The position numbers and the translations under genes are program-made. 64,000 nt of DNA from the human T2T-CHM13v2.0 reference genome, Homo sapiens: assembly GCF_009914755.1 (NCBI RefSeq), contig NC_060938.1; one strand, given 5' to 3'. The notes under the pieces were generated by a model, which worked only from the letters and a program-made list of their open reading frames with translations, made no database searches and was not told the origin of the DNA. This document shows, one piece after another, positions 27,910 to 41,889 of this stretch (position 1 is its first letter; each line of letters opens with the position of its first letter).

Positions 27910-28255
27910 TAATGATTTAAATTTAAGACCTCAAACTATAAGAGTCCTGAAAGACAACTTAGGAAATACCTTATCGACACTGGCCTTGGCAAAAAAATTT
28001 TGGCCAAGTCCCTAAAAGCAATGACAACACAAATAGAAAAGTGGGACTTAATTAAACTAAACAGCTCCTGCAAAGCAAAAGTAATAATCAACAGAGCAAA
28101 CAGACAATCTACAGAATAGGGGAAGTTATTCACAAACTGTATGTGACACAGATCTAACATCCGGAATCTTTACGGAACTTAAATCAACAAGTAAAAAACA
28201 AGCCCATTAAAACTGGGCAAAGGACATCAACAGACACTTCTCAAAAGCAGACGTA
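27910..28255 (+). mobile_element. L1PA15/16-like ORF2 fragment (plus strand)
   Basis: Runs 'aagacctcaaactataag...gggacttaattaaactaaacagc...aacagacacttctcaaaag'. Confidence 0.85.
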
Positions 28256-29423
28256 GAAAGTAGTGTCTATCTCTTCTAAGGATTTTTTTTTTAATTCGAA
28301 AACAAAAGTGTATTCAGCCAAATTGTTGGTTTAAGGTTACCTTTTGGCTGAACTATTCACATGAAGCAATTGAATTCTAGTCTACTCTATAAAAATATAT
28401 GCTTCTTAAAGAAAGATAGTGTGTCAATAAAAAATGTGAAAAATTATATCAATACAAAGGCAATCCCTGTCACATGTAAAGCCTATTTTTATGTCACAAA
28501 CACAATTTTTTCTGAGAATAGCTTATCATTTCTATGTTTTCCTCAATATTATTTTAAAAAAAAAGCAAGTTGTGAATGTAAGCAATGATTTGAAAGCAAG
28601 GTTAACATAATACTCTTCAACATTCCTGTCATCTTCCAATTAAAACTAATAGGATAATGTATGATGACAGTACAAGTCAATATTAATGATGCAATTAACT
28701 TTCTAAATTGAAAATATAAAACTTGTGACAAGGTGAAGCATTTTTGCTTGGTTTATTTTTGTTTTGCCTTTTACTGTTTCCATTTAAGCAACTAAATATT
28801 TGTGGATAGCAGCCAAAACAAGTTTATCTTCTATTAAATTTCATTTTTTAGAATTTCTAGGGTCATAAGTGGTTTCCAGTGTGCAGAGAAGTGATTATAA
28901 AGTTACAGAAATGTTTTAATCTATTTAGCTAAGGGTTCTTTGAAATTACAAATCATGTAAAGCAGATTACATTAGCCATCATTTGCAAAGGGTTTACTTT
29001 GTATAATGTTATTTTTTACATATGTGGCAAACTTATTCGATGATGCTTCAATTGCTTAAAATATTTTTGGGAATATAGCTTCTGAAACTTTCTCCAAAGA
29101 TATGATTAAACCACAGAATATGACTATATCTTCACACCCTTTCTGGACAAAATTATTATTCCTAACATTAGGTTTATGGTTTCTAAAAAATTAAATATAT
29201 CTCTAAATAATAGCAAATCCTTTCCTAAAGATAATGTAGCTATTAAAATTGAAACTATTGATTCATATTTTACCAATTGGTAGAAAAAAATTCTCAAAAA
29301 TAATTTCAAATAATAATTGTATTATATGTTTCTTCCAGTTGATTTTATAAGTTGTCATATGCTAAGAAGTATTTAAAAATTGAAATATTTATGTCTTTTG
29401 TTTTTTTGTATTTAATTCAACTT

Positions 29424-29494
29424 CTTAAAGTAATTCTGAAAATAACTGAATAAAGTAATTCTGAAAATAACTGAAAATAACTTCTGAAAATAAT
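29424..29494. repeat. Short tandem duplication (25-bp unit)
   Basis: taaagtaattctgaaaataactgaa occurs twice, plus partial copies. Confidence 0.8.
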
Positions 29495-29728
29495 TGCTTT
29501 TCCACTTTAAGTAATTTTGTCACCTTTTTTCAGAAAAACATATCAAATAATATATAACAATAGTCTGACATGTAAAAATAATTTTACAAATGGTGTCACT
29601 GATATTATTAAATTTCTTAGAAAATATATATTATTAAATAATTCTCTTTTAATAAAAAAATCACTAAGTATGTTTTTCTTCTCTCAATTGTGTATCTTTT
29701 CATCTAATTAACTAGTTGAATAAAATAC

Positions 29729-30212
29729 ACTTGACTGAACAATAAGGGTTTGAACTGCAAGGGTCCACTTACCTGCAGATTTTTTTCAGTCAATTTCTCC
29801 TACCTTCCCTTTTACTTTCTCTATTGCCTCTGCAACCTCTGAGACAATAGGACAATAAGACCCTTCCTCTTCGTCCTCAGCCTACTCAACATGAAGATGA
29901 TGAGAATGAAATCTTACAGGTGATGCAAATGATGATCTATTTTCACTAGTGAATAATGAGTTTATTTTATCTTCCTTATTTTTTTAATAACATTTTATTT
30001 TCTCTAGCTCACTTTTTTGTAAGAATACAGTACATAATACATATAAAATACAAAATATGTATTAATTGACTTTATGTTATCAATAAGGTGTCTGGTTAAC
30101 AGTTAGCTTTTAGTAGTTAAAATTTGGGGGAATCATGTATTATATGTGGAGTTTTGACTACATGGTGAGGGGAGTTGGTGCTTTTCACCCCTGCATTATT
30201 CAAGGGTCTATG
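29729..30212 (+). mobile_element. Tigger2a (MER28-type) non-autonomous DNA transposon
   Basis: Runs 'gggtttgaactgcaagggtccactta...attcaagggtcta'. Shares its body with 240-970. Confidence 0.85.
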
Positions 30213-30351
30213 TACTATACAACCCTAATTCAATAACACTTTCTGGCAGAACCTTGTCCTAAAAATAACTCTGGCTTATTTAAGTATCCTTTACGCATGA
30301 TAAATATTTAAAATCATGCCAAGGACGTGTTCTGACTTCCTAACAATTTAA

Positions 30352-30523
30352 GTTCTGGAGTCAGACTACCTGCGTTTCAGTCTAATTCTAATTATTGTTA
30401 CCTTAGAAACATTTTACCTGTCTCCTTCAGTAAACATCTGGGCCATGGTGATAGTAATAATGATACATATCTTATGATGTTGGTCTGGGAATTAAATTAA
30501 AAATTTCATCCAACTACTTAGCA
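30352..30523 (+). mobile_element. MIR SINE
   Basis: Runs 'tctggagtcagactacctg...gaattaaatt...ttagcac'. Confidence 0.65.
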
Positions 30524-33500
30524 CTTTATATGTCATTTAGAAATTTTATAGCTTTTTTCATGATTTTCTGCCCAGGACCACATGTTCAGGTGATACAAAT
30601 TATTTTAAACTTGGTCTTACCAAAAATGGTTATTAACAAAAGTAAATATCAAATTCCTGCAACTAAATAAGCTTTCTCAAAAGCAAATAAAAGACTTTAA
30701 ATTCTCTTTTTCTTAATCTTTGTTCTATAGCTTTTGTGTATTAACTTTGAAAGATGCAAAGCATCACTTCATCTCTTTGTTTCTGCCTCATGAACACTGA
30801 CTTCCTGAATACAGAAAAATAATTTGGTGCTGATTGCAGATTTTCTACCAATTTATTTTTCTGATGCATCATGCTTGTTTGATTATAAGCACATCTTTAT
30901 TTTCTGTTTGCAAATTTTATAGTGTAATTTTAGAAGTAGCCTACATCAGGCATCTCAAAATTATGAATGGCTTTTAAGCTAGTACATCGAAGCCATTTCA
31001 CTTTTTTTTTCTTCTATTTATTCATTTACTAAACCACTAGAGGGAAATAAAGCACATCATCCTTTTCCATAGTGAATGCCAATGATTGGGTTACTAGACC
31101 TTATCAAGGCTCTGACTTTCATATTTATTCTAGCAGCTATGCTCTTCTTCTCTCACAGTCAAAGTAAAGGCAAGATAATATTCCTTCAATTACATGGTTT
31201 TCAGTATGCTAATAACCTTTAATCTCAGCTACATTGTTGAGAGCTAAAACAAGAATAAAGAAACTCTGGGCATAGACTTATTTCCAGATGTCTGTGTTGG
31301 CAAATGAAGAAGACATCTCATATAATGTGCCTTGAAATTGTTTCAAATATTTTAAGCAAAAAATAATGTATATGTCTACTAATTTACATAAATTACTCTA
31401 GAACATAAATATGAAATGTGAAATATAATAATAATAGCAAAATAATAACAATTTATATAAATGAAAGGCCAAACTGGTATTAGGTTTTACTTCCCCTTAC
31501 TTATCTCTTCCTTTAAAAGAAAGATTGAAAGAGAGATGATTCAGTGCTTGTCAGATAAGGCAGGTCTTGAGAAATTACTTTTCACACTAAAATAAGATGA
31601 AAATATGTCATAATAATGGGAATCATTACATTTCTTTTTCAGTTTTGCATGTGTAACTTTTGAGTAGGGTACAATTAAAGAAATGAAAATGGTTAATAAA
31701 TAAATATACCACACTGGAGTGTATTTTATAAAATTTCTTTTCTTTTTATAATATATGTTTTTTATAGAAACTTTGAATAAAGATATCACATTTTAAGAAT
31801 TCCTAAGTAGCCATTGGAGGTACTTAAGCATGTTAAAAGGCTAATGGGAATTGTGTATTTGCCCTTATTTAGTACACATATACTTAAGTTAGAAACATAT
31901 TAATTTAGCTTGCTGCTCCCCTTATCTAATCCCCCAACCCCCTATGTTCAACTCAATTATATATATCCCATATGCTTTATCATTTGTATTTGGAGATATA
32001 TGTTGTCAGTTTTGAATTATAAATGACTTTTTTTGTTGTAAATTCTACCAATACGTATTACAAGTGTTACTTAAGACAGTTGGCAAAGAGTTAGTTTTAA
32101 TTTTTTTGTCCATCCATATCACTATTACCTTCCTGTAAAATTACTGTAATACAATTAACAGTGTAAGGATAATATTTCCAAAAGATTCTGGTATTCTGAT
32201 CATAACCGTGATTTTGTAGTATTAAGTAAGATTGTAATTTTTTCGTGGATTTTCAAAATATTTAAATTTTTAATTCGAACACATTTCAAACATAAAATAA
32301 CAAAATAATTTTACATATAATCATATGTTCTTTTTTGTAATTAAACCTCCATTATATTAACATTAGCTCATTTTATTTTTCCTTTTAGAAATAAAATCTT
32401 GCAGGCACAGGCAAAAGTCCACATACTGATTCTTTTCTCTTTCTCATTCCCCAGAGCTAATCAAATTTCTGAAATTGGCATCGTTTCTATATTTCCTACT
32501 ATTTTTTGTGTATATTTTAATATGTAATATTCACACCACATATAGCATTGCTTTGCTCTGCTCCTTAAATTGTTACATAATAATGGACTCAAGAAGCTAT
32601 TTATGATTTTATATGTAAATGTAGAGGAATGAATTTGGCCAGAATTATTCCAGCTAAGTATCGTCCTTTTTGATTTTACTATGAAATAAAATGACACTAA
32701 AAATATGCACTTGGGGTTCAAGTTCTGGATAAGCTATGTAGTCATATGCTACCTTTGTGTCCTAAATTGAGCATTAAGCTGAGGACTCTAATAAGTAAAT
32801 AGAGTAGGTAGAATAAAGACACCAGAATTCAAAATACCATAAAAGTTTCAGTGAATTTATCATTTTTCTCCTTCCATAGTCTCCCTGGCTTGAAATCATT
32901 GCACCAGAAGAGGCACTGGGACACAGAGGTAATTTCAAGAAATATCCTCTACTTCCTGATAAAGGAATGTGAAGGGAAACTTTTAACACTTACAGACTGT
33001 GTATTCTTATATTTTTGTTTATTTTCTTTTCTCCATTCTTCTTTGTGCCAGTCCTCAAACAAATATAGAGAGACGACCCTGAGTTTGTTAAGAAGCATAT
33101 ACTGAAACACTACAGCTAGCATACTACTTGAAAATTAGTGGTTTTTTTCCTGAGAGTGGGAACATGTCATGGTTATCTACTCTTAGTACTCTTATTCAGC
33201 ATAGTACTACAAGTTCTAGGCAATGAAATAAAGCAACAATAAATGAATGAATGAAACAAAAGTTATTCATATTAAAAAGGAAGAAATCAAACTGTTTTTA
33301 TTTACAGGTGAAATGATCTTTTTATTAAGAAAATACCAAGGAATCTAAAAAAAAAAAAAAAGAACAATAACAACAACAACAAAAACTGGTAGAGTTAAAA
33401 AGGAAGTTCATAATGGTCATAGAATACAAAATGAACACACAAAAATGTATTGTATTTCTACATACTAGCAACCAATATATGGACACCAAAACTTAAATGT

Positions 33501-33820
33501 TGCAGTATCATTTACAATTGTCCTAGATGTAATTGTAACAAAACATGTAATAGATTTGTATCTTAAGGCTAAAAAATTCTAATGAAAAAAATAAAAGATA
33601 TAAACAAATAATACCATGTTTAAATAAAACATACAGTGTTCATAGATTGGAAGACAGAAAAGAAAGATTTAAATTCTAACCAAATTAAACAGATTTAATC
33701 CAATTCTTATAAGAACTCTTGAAAGATTATGTATAGAGAGATACGTGATTATTAAAATTTATGTGGAACAGCAAAGGAAATAGAAAACCAAATTATTCTT
33801 AAAAAAAATAATAAAATAGG

Positions 33821-34102
33821 GGCTGGGCGTGGTGGCTCATGCCTTTAATCCCAGCACTTTGGGAGGCCGAGATGGGCAGATAATGAGGTCAACAGATCAA
33901 GTCCACCCTGGCCAACATGTTGAAACGCCATCTCTACTAAAAATACAAAAGTTAGCTGAGTTGGGTGGTGCATACCTGTAGTCCCAGCTACTTGGGAGGC
34001 TGAGGCAGGAGAATTACTTGAAACGGGAAGTGAAGGTTGCAGTGAGCTGAGATCACACCACTGCACTCCAGCCTGGCAACAGAGCGAGACTCCATCTCAA
34101 AA

Positions 34103-34146
<44 letters not shown>
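33821..34146 (+). mobile_element. AluSc with (TAA)n tail
   Basis: Alu dimer with about 14 TAA repeats in the tail. TSD taataaaatagg on both sides. Confidence 0.9.
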
Positions 34147-34148
<2 letters not shown>

Positions 34149-34296
34149 TAGGATCATGGTACCTGAAATTAAAGTTCATCACATAATTACAGTTATCAGT
34201 TGGAATTTGTGGAAGAATAAACACCTTGATTAATAAAATAGAGGACTCAGAGATGAACTGTCAACTGAATTTGACAAAGGAACAAAATTAATGAAA

Positions 34297-34710
34297 TGTT
34301 AAATTAAATTTGGCATAAAGCTACCTCCATACTTTGAACCTCTACCTAGAAAACTGCAACCTAACTTATTATGTAAACTGAAATGTTACTTAGAAGTATA
34401 TTCTTGTAACAAATAGTTGAGTCCCAGTCAATCACAGTAACTGAGCTTCAGCCAATCACAGGCTGCCAACTGACAAGACCATGTCCATATAAGGCAAATG
34501 ACTAATCATACCATGTATAAATAAGTCAGCTATAACTGATCAAGCTGTTTCTGTACAATCCTTCCTTTTTCTCTATAAATACTTACTGTCCACATTGCTG
34601 AGTGAAGCTTTCTGAACCTCTCATTATTTTGAGGGCTGCCCAATTCATGAATTATTTTTGCTCAAACACATTTTGCTAAATTTAATTTATCTAAGGTTTT
34701 ACTTTTAACA
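34297..34710 (+). mobile_element. MER57-family ERV1 solo LTR
   Basis: Runs 'tgttaaattaaatttggcataaagct...cagccaatcacag...cttttaaca'; contains CCAAT boxes. Confidence 0.8.
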
Positions 34711-34882
34711 GAAGGAAGGATAGACTTTTACTAGAGTAATAGGACTCCCGTAGGCAAAACAAAGGTAAAAAATAAAAAGAAAAACTAAGCTAAACATTAC
34801 ATCCTATACAAAAATTAGCTCACAACACATTACTATACATATAATGTTACAAATAATATGTTACAAATATACAAAACAATAT

Positions 34883-35255
34883 TGATATGGCTTGGCTCTT
34901 TGTCCCTGCCCAAATCTCATCTTGAATTGTAATCCCCATGTGTCAAGGGAAAAAAACTGGTGAGAGGTGATTGGATTACAGCTGCAGTTTCCCCTATGCT
35001 GTTCTCGTGATAGTGAATGAATTTTCATGAGACCTGATGGTTTTATAAGTGTCTGACATTTCCCCTGCTTGCTCTTCTCTCTCCTGCCACCATGTAAAGA
35101 AAGTCCTTGCTTCACCTTCGCCTTGTTCCATGATTATTAGTTTCCAGAGGCCTCTCTAGCCATGTGGAACTGTGAGTCAGTTAAACCTCTTTCCTTCATA
35201 AATTACCCAGCCTTGAGTAGTATCTTTATAGCAAGTGTGAGAATGGACTAATATA
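34883..35255 (+). mobile_element. THE1D-like MaLR solo LTR
   Basis: Runs 'tgatatggcttggctct...gaatggactaatata'. TSD aatat/aatac. Confidence 0.9.
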
Positions 35256-37329
35256 AATACTATAAACACTTTATGAAAAAAAATTGAGAAAATTGTCAGA
35301 ACCTAGGGTAAGCTAAGAGTTCTTAGACTTAACACTGAACTGTGATCCCTAAAATAAATACAATCTATAATTTGGACACAATAAAAATTAAAAACTTATT
35401 CAGTTAAGTAGATGAAAAGACAAGTTACGGGCTTGGAAAAAAAATTTGCAAATCACTTATCTGACAAAATATTCATGCCCAAATTACATAATAACTCTCA
35501 ATAAAACTGTTCATGTATAGACAAAATACATGAACAGATATTTTACTGAGTAGAGTGCTAAGAGGTAGAAAATAAGCACATAGAATGCTGTTTATTATCT
35601 TAGTCCATTAGGGAAATGCAAATTAAACCATAAAGAATTATAAGTACACATCTAAATATACATTATAATACCTAAAATTAAAAGTAGTGGCAGCACCAAA
35701 GTTTGGCAGAAATGTGGAGAAGTTGGAGTACTCAAACATCTCTGAAGGGAATGTAAAATGCTTCAGTCACTTTATACTTTGTGAAACAAATTGGCAGTTT
35801 GTTAAAAATCTAAAAGGAATTACTAAACACTGAGCAAGTGTAATAATCCTACTTTCAGAGAAATGAAAACTTATGTTCACCCTCAAATTTGGTAATGGAT
35901 ATTTGTTCATAGCAGCTTTATATGTAATAACCCAAAGGAGTAAGCAACCGATACGTTATTTATGGGTAAATCATTAAACAAACTGTGTTATATACATATC
36001 ATGGAATACTACTCAGCAATAAAAATGAATAACTATTGATTCAAGCAACAACTTCGATAGATCTCCGAGAATTATACTGAGTAAAAAATAAAAACACCCC
36101 AATCCACAGATTAATGCTTTATGATACCTTTTACGTAATACTATCACAATGGCAAAATTATAGAGATGGAGAAAAGTTAGTGGTTGTCAGGTGTTAAGAA
36201 TAAGGGCACAGATTGGTCAGGAGATGGGTAGTTACAAAAGGGCAACATAAGAAATTCTTGTGGTGATAGACTTGTCCTGTATCTTGTCTGAATTAATGCC
36301 AATATTCTGGTTGTGATATTGTACTATATTTCTGCAAGGTATTACCACTGGGGTATTGGGTAAAACGTACAAGGGATGTTTCTATATTACTTCTTACAAT
36401 TTCATGTGAATCGTCAATTAAATAAAAAGTATAATTAAAAATAATTTTGATTACTTTATTCAATGAGATAAAAGTATAAGATTTAGAATTTTAGTAGAGA
36501 AGTGGAAAGTAAAAGTAACATATGGAAAAATAGAACCCATGAAACTGAAAAATATAATATATAATATTAACAAGTAAGGTGACCTATTTAAGAACATATT
36601 AGAGAGAGATGAAGAGAGAATTAAGAAAATGTTGGGTAAAATAGTCAAAGTGAAACATAGAGAAATGACAGGATAGAAAATTCAGAAGAGCAAATAGGAG
36701 GGAAAGAAGGTAAAGTGAGAAATCTTCATATATTTAAATTGAATTTTAGAAGAAGATGTAAGGAATAATGGAAATTTCCATGAATGAGTAATTTCCAAAT
36801 CTGATAAAACATATCAAGTTGTAGAATAAAAGCTCTGTGAATTAAAAGATGGAACAATGAAAATCATCTACATTATAGGCGATTACAGTGCAAGAAAAGA
36901 CAGATAAAATTTTGAAAAAACAACCAAAGAAAAAAGAAAGCTTATATTCAAATTAGCAACAATTAAACCACTAAATATGTTGCTCTTCAACAACAATACA
37001 ATTAATATAGCCATGAAGACACAAAAACTATCAAAATTTGGCAAATGTATTCATATTAATAATAACATTTAAAAAGTTATTTTCGGACCTAAAAACTGAG
37101 GGAATTATTACCAGAACATATGCACTAAAGAAATTCTAATGACTATTTGCCAGGCAGAATAAAAATAATACAAGCTGGAGGATCAGAGACACAAGAAGTG
37201 TCCAAAAGCAAGAACAATTTTAAGTATGTGAGTAAATTCTAAATTAACTTAAATGTGTAACATAATTTTATATAGTAATATAGTAATATTTATTGTTATA
37301 TAATTATTATATTGATATACACACACATA

Positions 37330-37748
37330 TATGAGGTTGAATTGTGTCCCCCAAAAATTCATACATTGAAATGCTCATCTCCAGTACCCCAGAAGGCTCA
37401 GAATGTGACCTTATGTGAAAATAAGGTCATTACAGGTGAAATTGGTGTAGATTAGGTCATACTGGAATAGGGGGACCCCCCTAATCCAATGTGACAGGTG
37501 CCCTTATAAATAGAATACTGTGAGATCAAAGCAGAAATCTGGGTAATATAGTTGCAACCAAGTTGCATCAAAGAGTGCCAGAAAACCATCAGAAGCTAAC
37601 AGAGAGCACAGAGCATATTCTTCCTCACAGCCCTCAGAGGAAACTAACCTTCCCAATAGCTTGATCTCAGACTTTTAACCTCTAGAACTTTAGGGCAATA
37701 AACTCTTATTCTTTAATGAAGCCAGTTTCTGGTATTCTGTTACTACAG
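37330..37748 (+). mobile_element. MLT1B/C MaLR LTR
   Basis: Runs 'gttgaattgtgtcccccaaaa...cagaatgtgacctt...cttcctcacagccctcagagg'. Confidence 0.8.
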
Positions 37749-37758
37749 GTTTGTTGTA

Positions 37759-37806
37759 CCATATATATATATACACATCATATATATACACACACACACA
37801 CACCCC

Positions 37807-37842
<36 letters not shown>

Positions 37843-37950
37843 CCCATATATATATACCTTGTATATATATATATACTATATATATGACATATATATACAT
37901 ATGGTATATATATGACATATATATAGATACACACATATATACATATATAG
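37759..37950. repeat. (TA)n/(CA)n compound simple repeat
   Basis: Direct inspection. Confidence 0.9.
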
Positions 37951-38229
37951 ATTTGAAAACACTAGAGTGAGTTAACATGTATTAAGGGCCTTTTACTGTC
38001 CAAAAAGTAAACAGCAATAAGAAACAATTTTGTATGGTAGTAATCAAAGTTTCATGTTGTAGTCCGCATATTAATCAATAAAAATGTAGTAAAATAATGT
38101 TTAACAACCACGGAAATCATGAGAAAAAAGATCAACTATTAAAACAATTAATTAAAGAAGTCACAAATAGAAAATGGAACAAAGAGTAGGAAAATTATAA
38201 GATGAGGAATTGAAACATAAATATATCAG

Positions 38230-38365
38230 ATTTCCTCAAATATAAACTTGCTGAAGTTGACACTTAATAGAAAAATTTCCTCAAATATAGACTTACTAAA
38301 GTTGACATTTAATAGAAAAATTTCCTCAAATACAATTTTGCTAAAGTTGACATTTAATAGAAAAA
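38230..38365. repeat. Tandem repeat, 3 x 45 bp
   Basis: Unit atttcctcaaatataaacttgctgaagttgacacttaatagaaaa starts at 38230, 38275 and 38320. Confidence 0.95.
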
Positions 38366-39479
38366 TATAGTTAGGTTAGATTTATGGGGAGAAAACAAAC
38401 AACCTCTATGTTGTTCATTGAAGCAAAAAGTATGCAAAATGTTTGAAAGAAAAAGATGGACAAAGATGTCATGCCAACCTTAACTAAATAAAAGCTGGTG
38501 CTACTATATTAATATCAGACAGGTTGTCTCTAAGACTGAAACCATGACCAGCAGTAGGCTGAATGACCTTATAGGGATAAAGGGAACTTCAACTACCCAA
38601 GATGATGAAAATTCTTAATGTGAATATGCATGGCGAAATAATGAAATATAATCCACAAAAATACATATTTACAGGAAGAAGTAGGCAAGTATAAAATTTA
38701 CTACAATTTTGTGACAACTTGTAGAAAATGATGAAAAATTCTGGAAAGCTTAAGTAAATATATAACAAACTGAAAGAAAATCAGAAAGTTTGACCAAATG
38801 GATATTGTATCCCTAACTGCAGGATGCATGCTTGACCAAAAGGAAACCTCAACACATTTCAAAAGATTGAAATCATAGAAATTATGTTATCTGAATAGAT
38901 TGAAATTAATGTGTACATGAATAACAAAAAGATAGCTGAAAAAGTCATACCTTGAAATTAATAAATGTACTTCTATAAATTGTAGTTGAAGAAATCACAG
39001 TGTACATAAAGACAGTGACTATACAGCAAAACATAGAGAATGTAGCTACCAGTATCTCTCTATAAGGGACAAGGTATAAGAATGAATGCATATATCATAA
39101 AAGATCAAGTAATGACCATTATCTTCAGAAGACAGAAAAAGAACAATAAATGTAAAGAAGTAGCAATTCAAAAACAATATGTACATGAGTAAATTAGCAA
39201 AGTCAACACTTGTTCTTTGGAAAAAACATTAATAAACAAAATGTTCATGCAACTAATATAAAACAAAAAGTACAAATACAATGAGTAATTTTAATACATA
39301 TGATATTAGGTATTAAAATAGTGACATCACTATAGAGTTTTCAGATATTAAAAATATAGTATGAAGACATTTTGAACAACTTTACCACAAGTAATTTGAA
39401 GTTTTACACAAAATGAACAAAATTAGAAGAAATGTAAAAATATTTTTGTAACTTTGGCTGATGAACTTTGACATTGTTT

Positions 39480-40020
39480 TTAATCCAGATTCCAATTTTT
39501 CTGTTCACCTCCTTGCCCAGGTGTGCTGTGATGTCAGTCCAGTCGAAAGGCTTACTGTTTGTGCACTTCATACTTGCATCTGATGCATCTGTTGCTACCA
39601 CTCATCCTCTTGAGCTCACTTCTGATTTTAGCCTTGGCTATGGTGGGAAATCCCATGTGGAATTAGACTGAGTTTCAGTTGACAACATCTCACTTCAACT
39701 ACTCTTTGTTTTTCCCCTGGGACTTCTCCGTCAGCACATACATCAGAGTTATACAGGCTGCACACAAGTGAAATTCAAAAGTGTGCAGATTTAATACCAT
39801 GAGGAAACCTCTCAAGCTTTTGGAAGTTAGGGGACTAAACAAATGTATTAAATGTTCCTGGCTCTGTACACCATCCTTTAGGTAGAGAATAATGGCAGGC
39901 ATTTGGGTGTTTCTCAGGAGTTCCCAGCAGAATTGACTACCTTTGCCCAGAGCAGTAATCTTAGTAATGCACACACAAGTTGTCTTTTTCTCCTCTCCTG
40001 CATCGTTAAATAAACTACAA
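39480..40020 (+). mobile_element. LTR16-family ERVL LTR (old)
   Basis: 'ggagttcccagcagaattgactacctttgcccagagcagtaatc...aaataaactac' resembles the LTR16 3' half. Confidence 0.55.
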
Positions 40021-40439
40021 ATATATGAGTAGAAATTGAAGATAATACTAGAACCTGGAGATCGTTTCTTTCTTGAAGAAGTACATCAAATTATACAGCA
40101 GATGCTCAGATGTAGGAAGTTCTAGTTCAACATAGAGCCTCTGTGGACACAAGTGGAAAATACCTGACACTGAGCTTTTATGTAACAACATTCTTTGAAA
40201 TTGAACTACATATGAAGTTATCTCACTTCCTGTAGGGAAAATTATTCTGACTAAATAACAAACCTGAATGTAATTAAATACATGTACCAAAAGTAATATA
40301 GTGGCTGCATGTATATGGACAACACAATATGATTTATAAATCATTAAAATTAGAATGCCAAGATTATTAGTAAAGTGTCTAACTAACCCTGATAATGCAA
40401 AAAGTAAAAAGCCTGTGTTTAATTTGACATCAATAAGCT

Positions 40440-40620
40440 ACTGCACAGAATATTGTACAGACACTCTTTTTCTCCTAACCTTCACTACAACACTTCCATG
40501 TAGATATTATTATCATTTTATAGATGAAATAGCTTCAAAAGCATTAAGTAGTTTTCTTGGAAAGTGGCACATCAATTCATTTGTCACTATTCTGTCTCAG
40601 AATCCATAATCTTTCAGCTA
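40440..40620 (-). mobile_element. MIR SINE
   Basis: Core 'tattattatcattttatagatgaaa'. Confidence 0.6.
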
Positions 40621-41474
40621 TGCATGGCCTTACTAAATCAACATCTATTTCTGTATTTCAGCTTTTGCTTCCATTTCTAATAGTCTAAGTCTTTTCCAGA
40701 ATTAAAAAATTCTGCAAGCCCCAAGAATTTTCCTTCATTTATTTAATTTAGGTGCTATTCTTTCTTCTATAAGCAGTAACTCTGTTTGTGAACATACACT
40801 CTTCTCCAAGATTCTCCATAGCTGTGTGCTGGTCAGTGTTAACAAATTAAATACCATGTCTCTTGCTATGGAAAATCTTCAGGATTCTGCTCCTTAAAGC
40901 TGTTTAGTGCATACACTACCCACTTCTTCTAAACATGAGATGTTCCTTGTAATGGGCTGATTCTCTACTTCTCACCAGCTCAGTCTCTTAGGAGCACAGT
41001 ATAATGAAGATACAATTATGATAACATGTGTAAAATAATTTTGTTAAAAAATTGAAAAGAGAAACAGAAATGAACCTTAAGAAAGAAAATGATCTGCCAG
41101 ATTATTAACAAATTGATATTAAAAAAACAAGAACTAAAAATGAAGTTTTTTAGCTTTTAGTTTCTTGTTGTTGTTTTTTTTTTAAACAAAACCTTTTAAG
41201 GAAGAACTTCAAGAGGAATAAAATCAGATTTTCTGGAAACTCTAAGAAATGTGAGGTCACTCTAATCCTAATGAAAAGTGACCTCATGATTAATTAGGTG
41301 CAATTTTATAAATTGTATCTAAGCACAGCTTCTGCATTTAAAATGTTAAGTGGTAACAAACTGGTCATTTAAGTGACTAACATTTATAAAACAACATTTG
41401 CTTGACATTTAAATATAAGTTAAATATAAGTTTTGACTAGGAGTCCAATACTTATTAAGGAAAAATTATTGTGA

Positions 41475-41889
41475 AAATTGTTAATGATGACAAGAAATAC
41501 TTTGCTCAAGAAGGAATTACTACTGCAGTGGGGATTTGTAGTAGGAAGGAGAGATTAGGCTCAACTTTGAGAAAAAGGAAAAATAGGGATTTATAGTCAA
41601 GGAAGTGGGGAAAATTTCTAAGAGGAAACATGAGGGGCAAGGGGTATTTAGTATTCTTGCTGAAATCAGGCCAGGGTGAAATCAGATGTCACCTGTGGGA
41701 TGGTAAGGAATTAGGTATTTGATCAAATATCAAAGATAATTAGATACCAAAGGAAAGGGTTCTGAGTAAAATGACTTAGCCAAGTTCTTGAGTAATGCAA
41801 AGACAGACAAGAAAGTCCAAAGGCCAAGGCCTTGTCTAGGTCATGGCTTGGTGGAGCCTGAGCAATGTTTGGTCAAGAATCCTTTGTTA
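41475..41889 (-). mobile_element. MER31-like ERV1 solo LTR
   Basis: Reverse complement begins 'taacaaaggattcttgaccaaacattgctcaggctcc'. Confidence 0.7.

Larger units (their letters stand above)
33110..36440 (+). mobile_element. L1MD/L1MC LINE-1 3' portion, interrupted by Alu, MER57 and THE1D
   Basis: ORF2 remnants ('ggaatactactcagcaataaaaa') and 3' end 'ctggttgtgatattgtactat...catgtgaatc...aataaaaagt'. Confidence 0.8.
36450..39460 (+). mobile_element. Ancient L1M ORF1/ORF2 5' remnants
   Basis: A-rich decayed L1 motifs ('aaagctggtgctactatattaatatcagac', 'aacctcaacacatttcaaaagattgaaatcata'). Confidence 0.65.

Noticed and set aside
38230-38365. CRISPR-like array
   Set aside because: Head-to-tail repeats with no spacers in mammalian DNA; no cas genes.
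39465-40020. Higher-complexity block as a processed pseudogene
   Set aside because: No recognisable protein, poly-A or TSD; the 3' half resembles LTR16.
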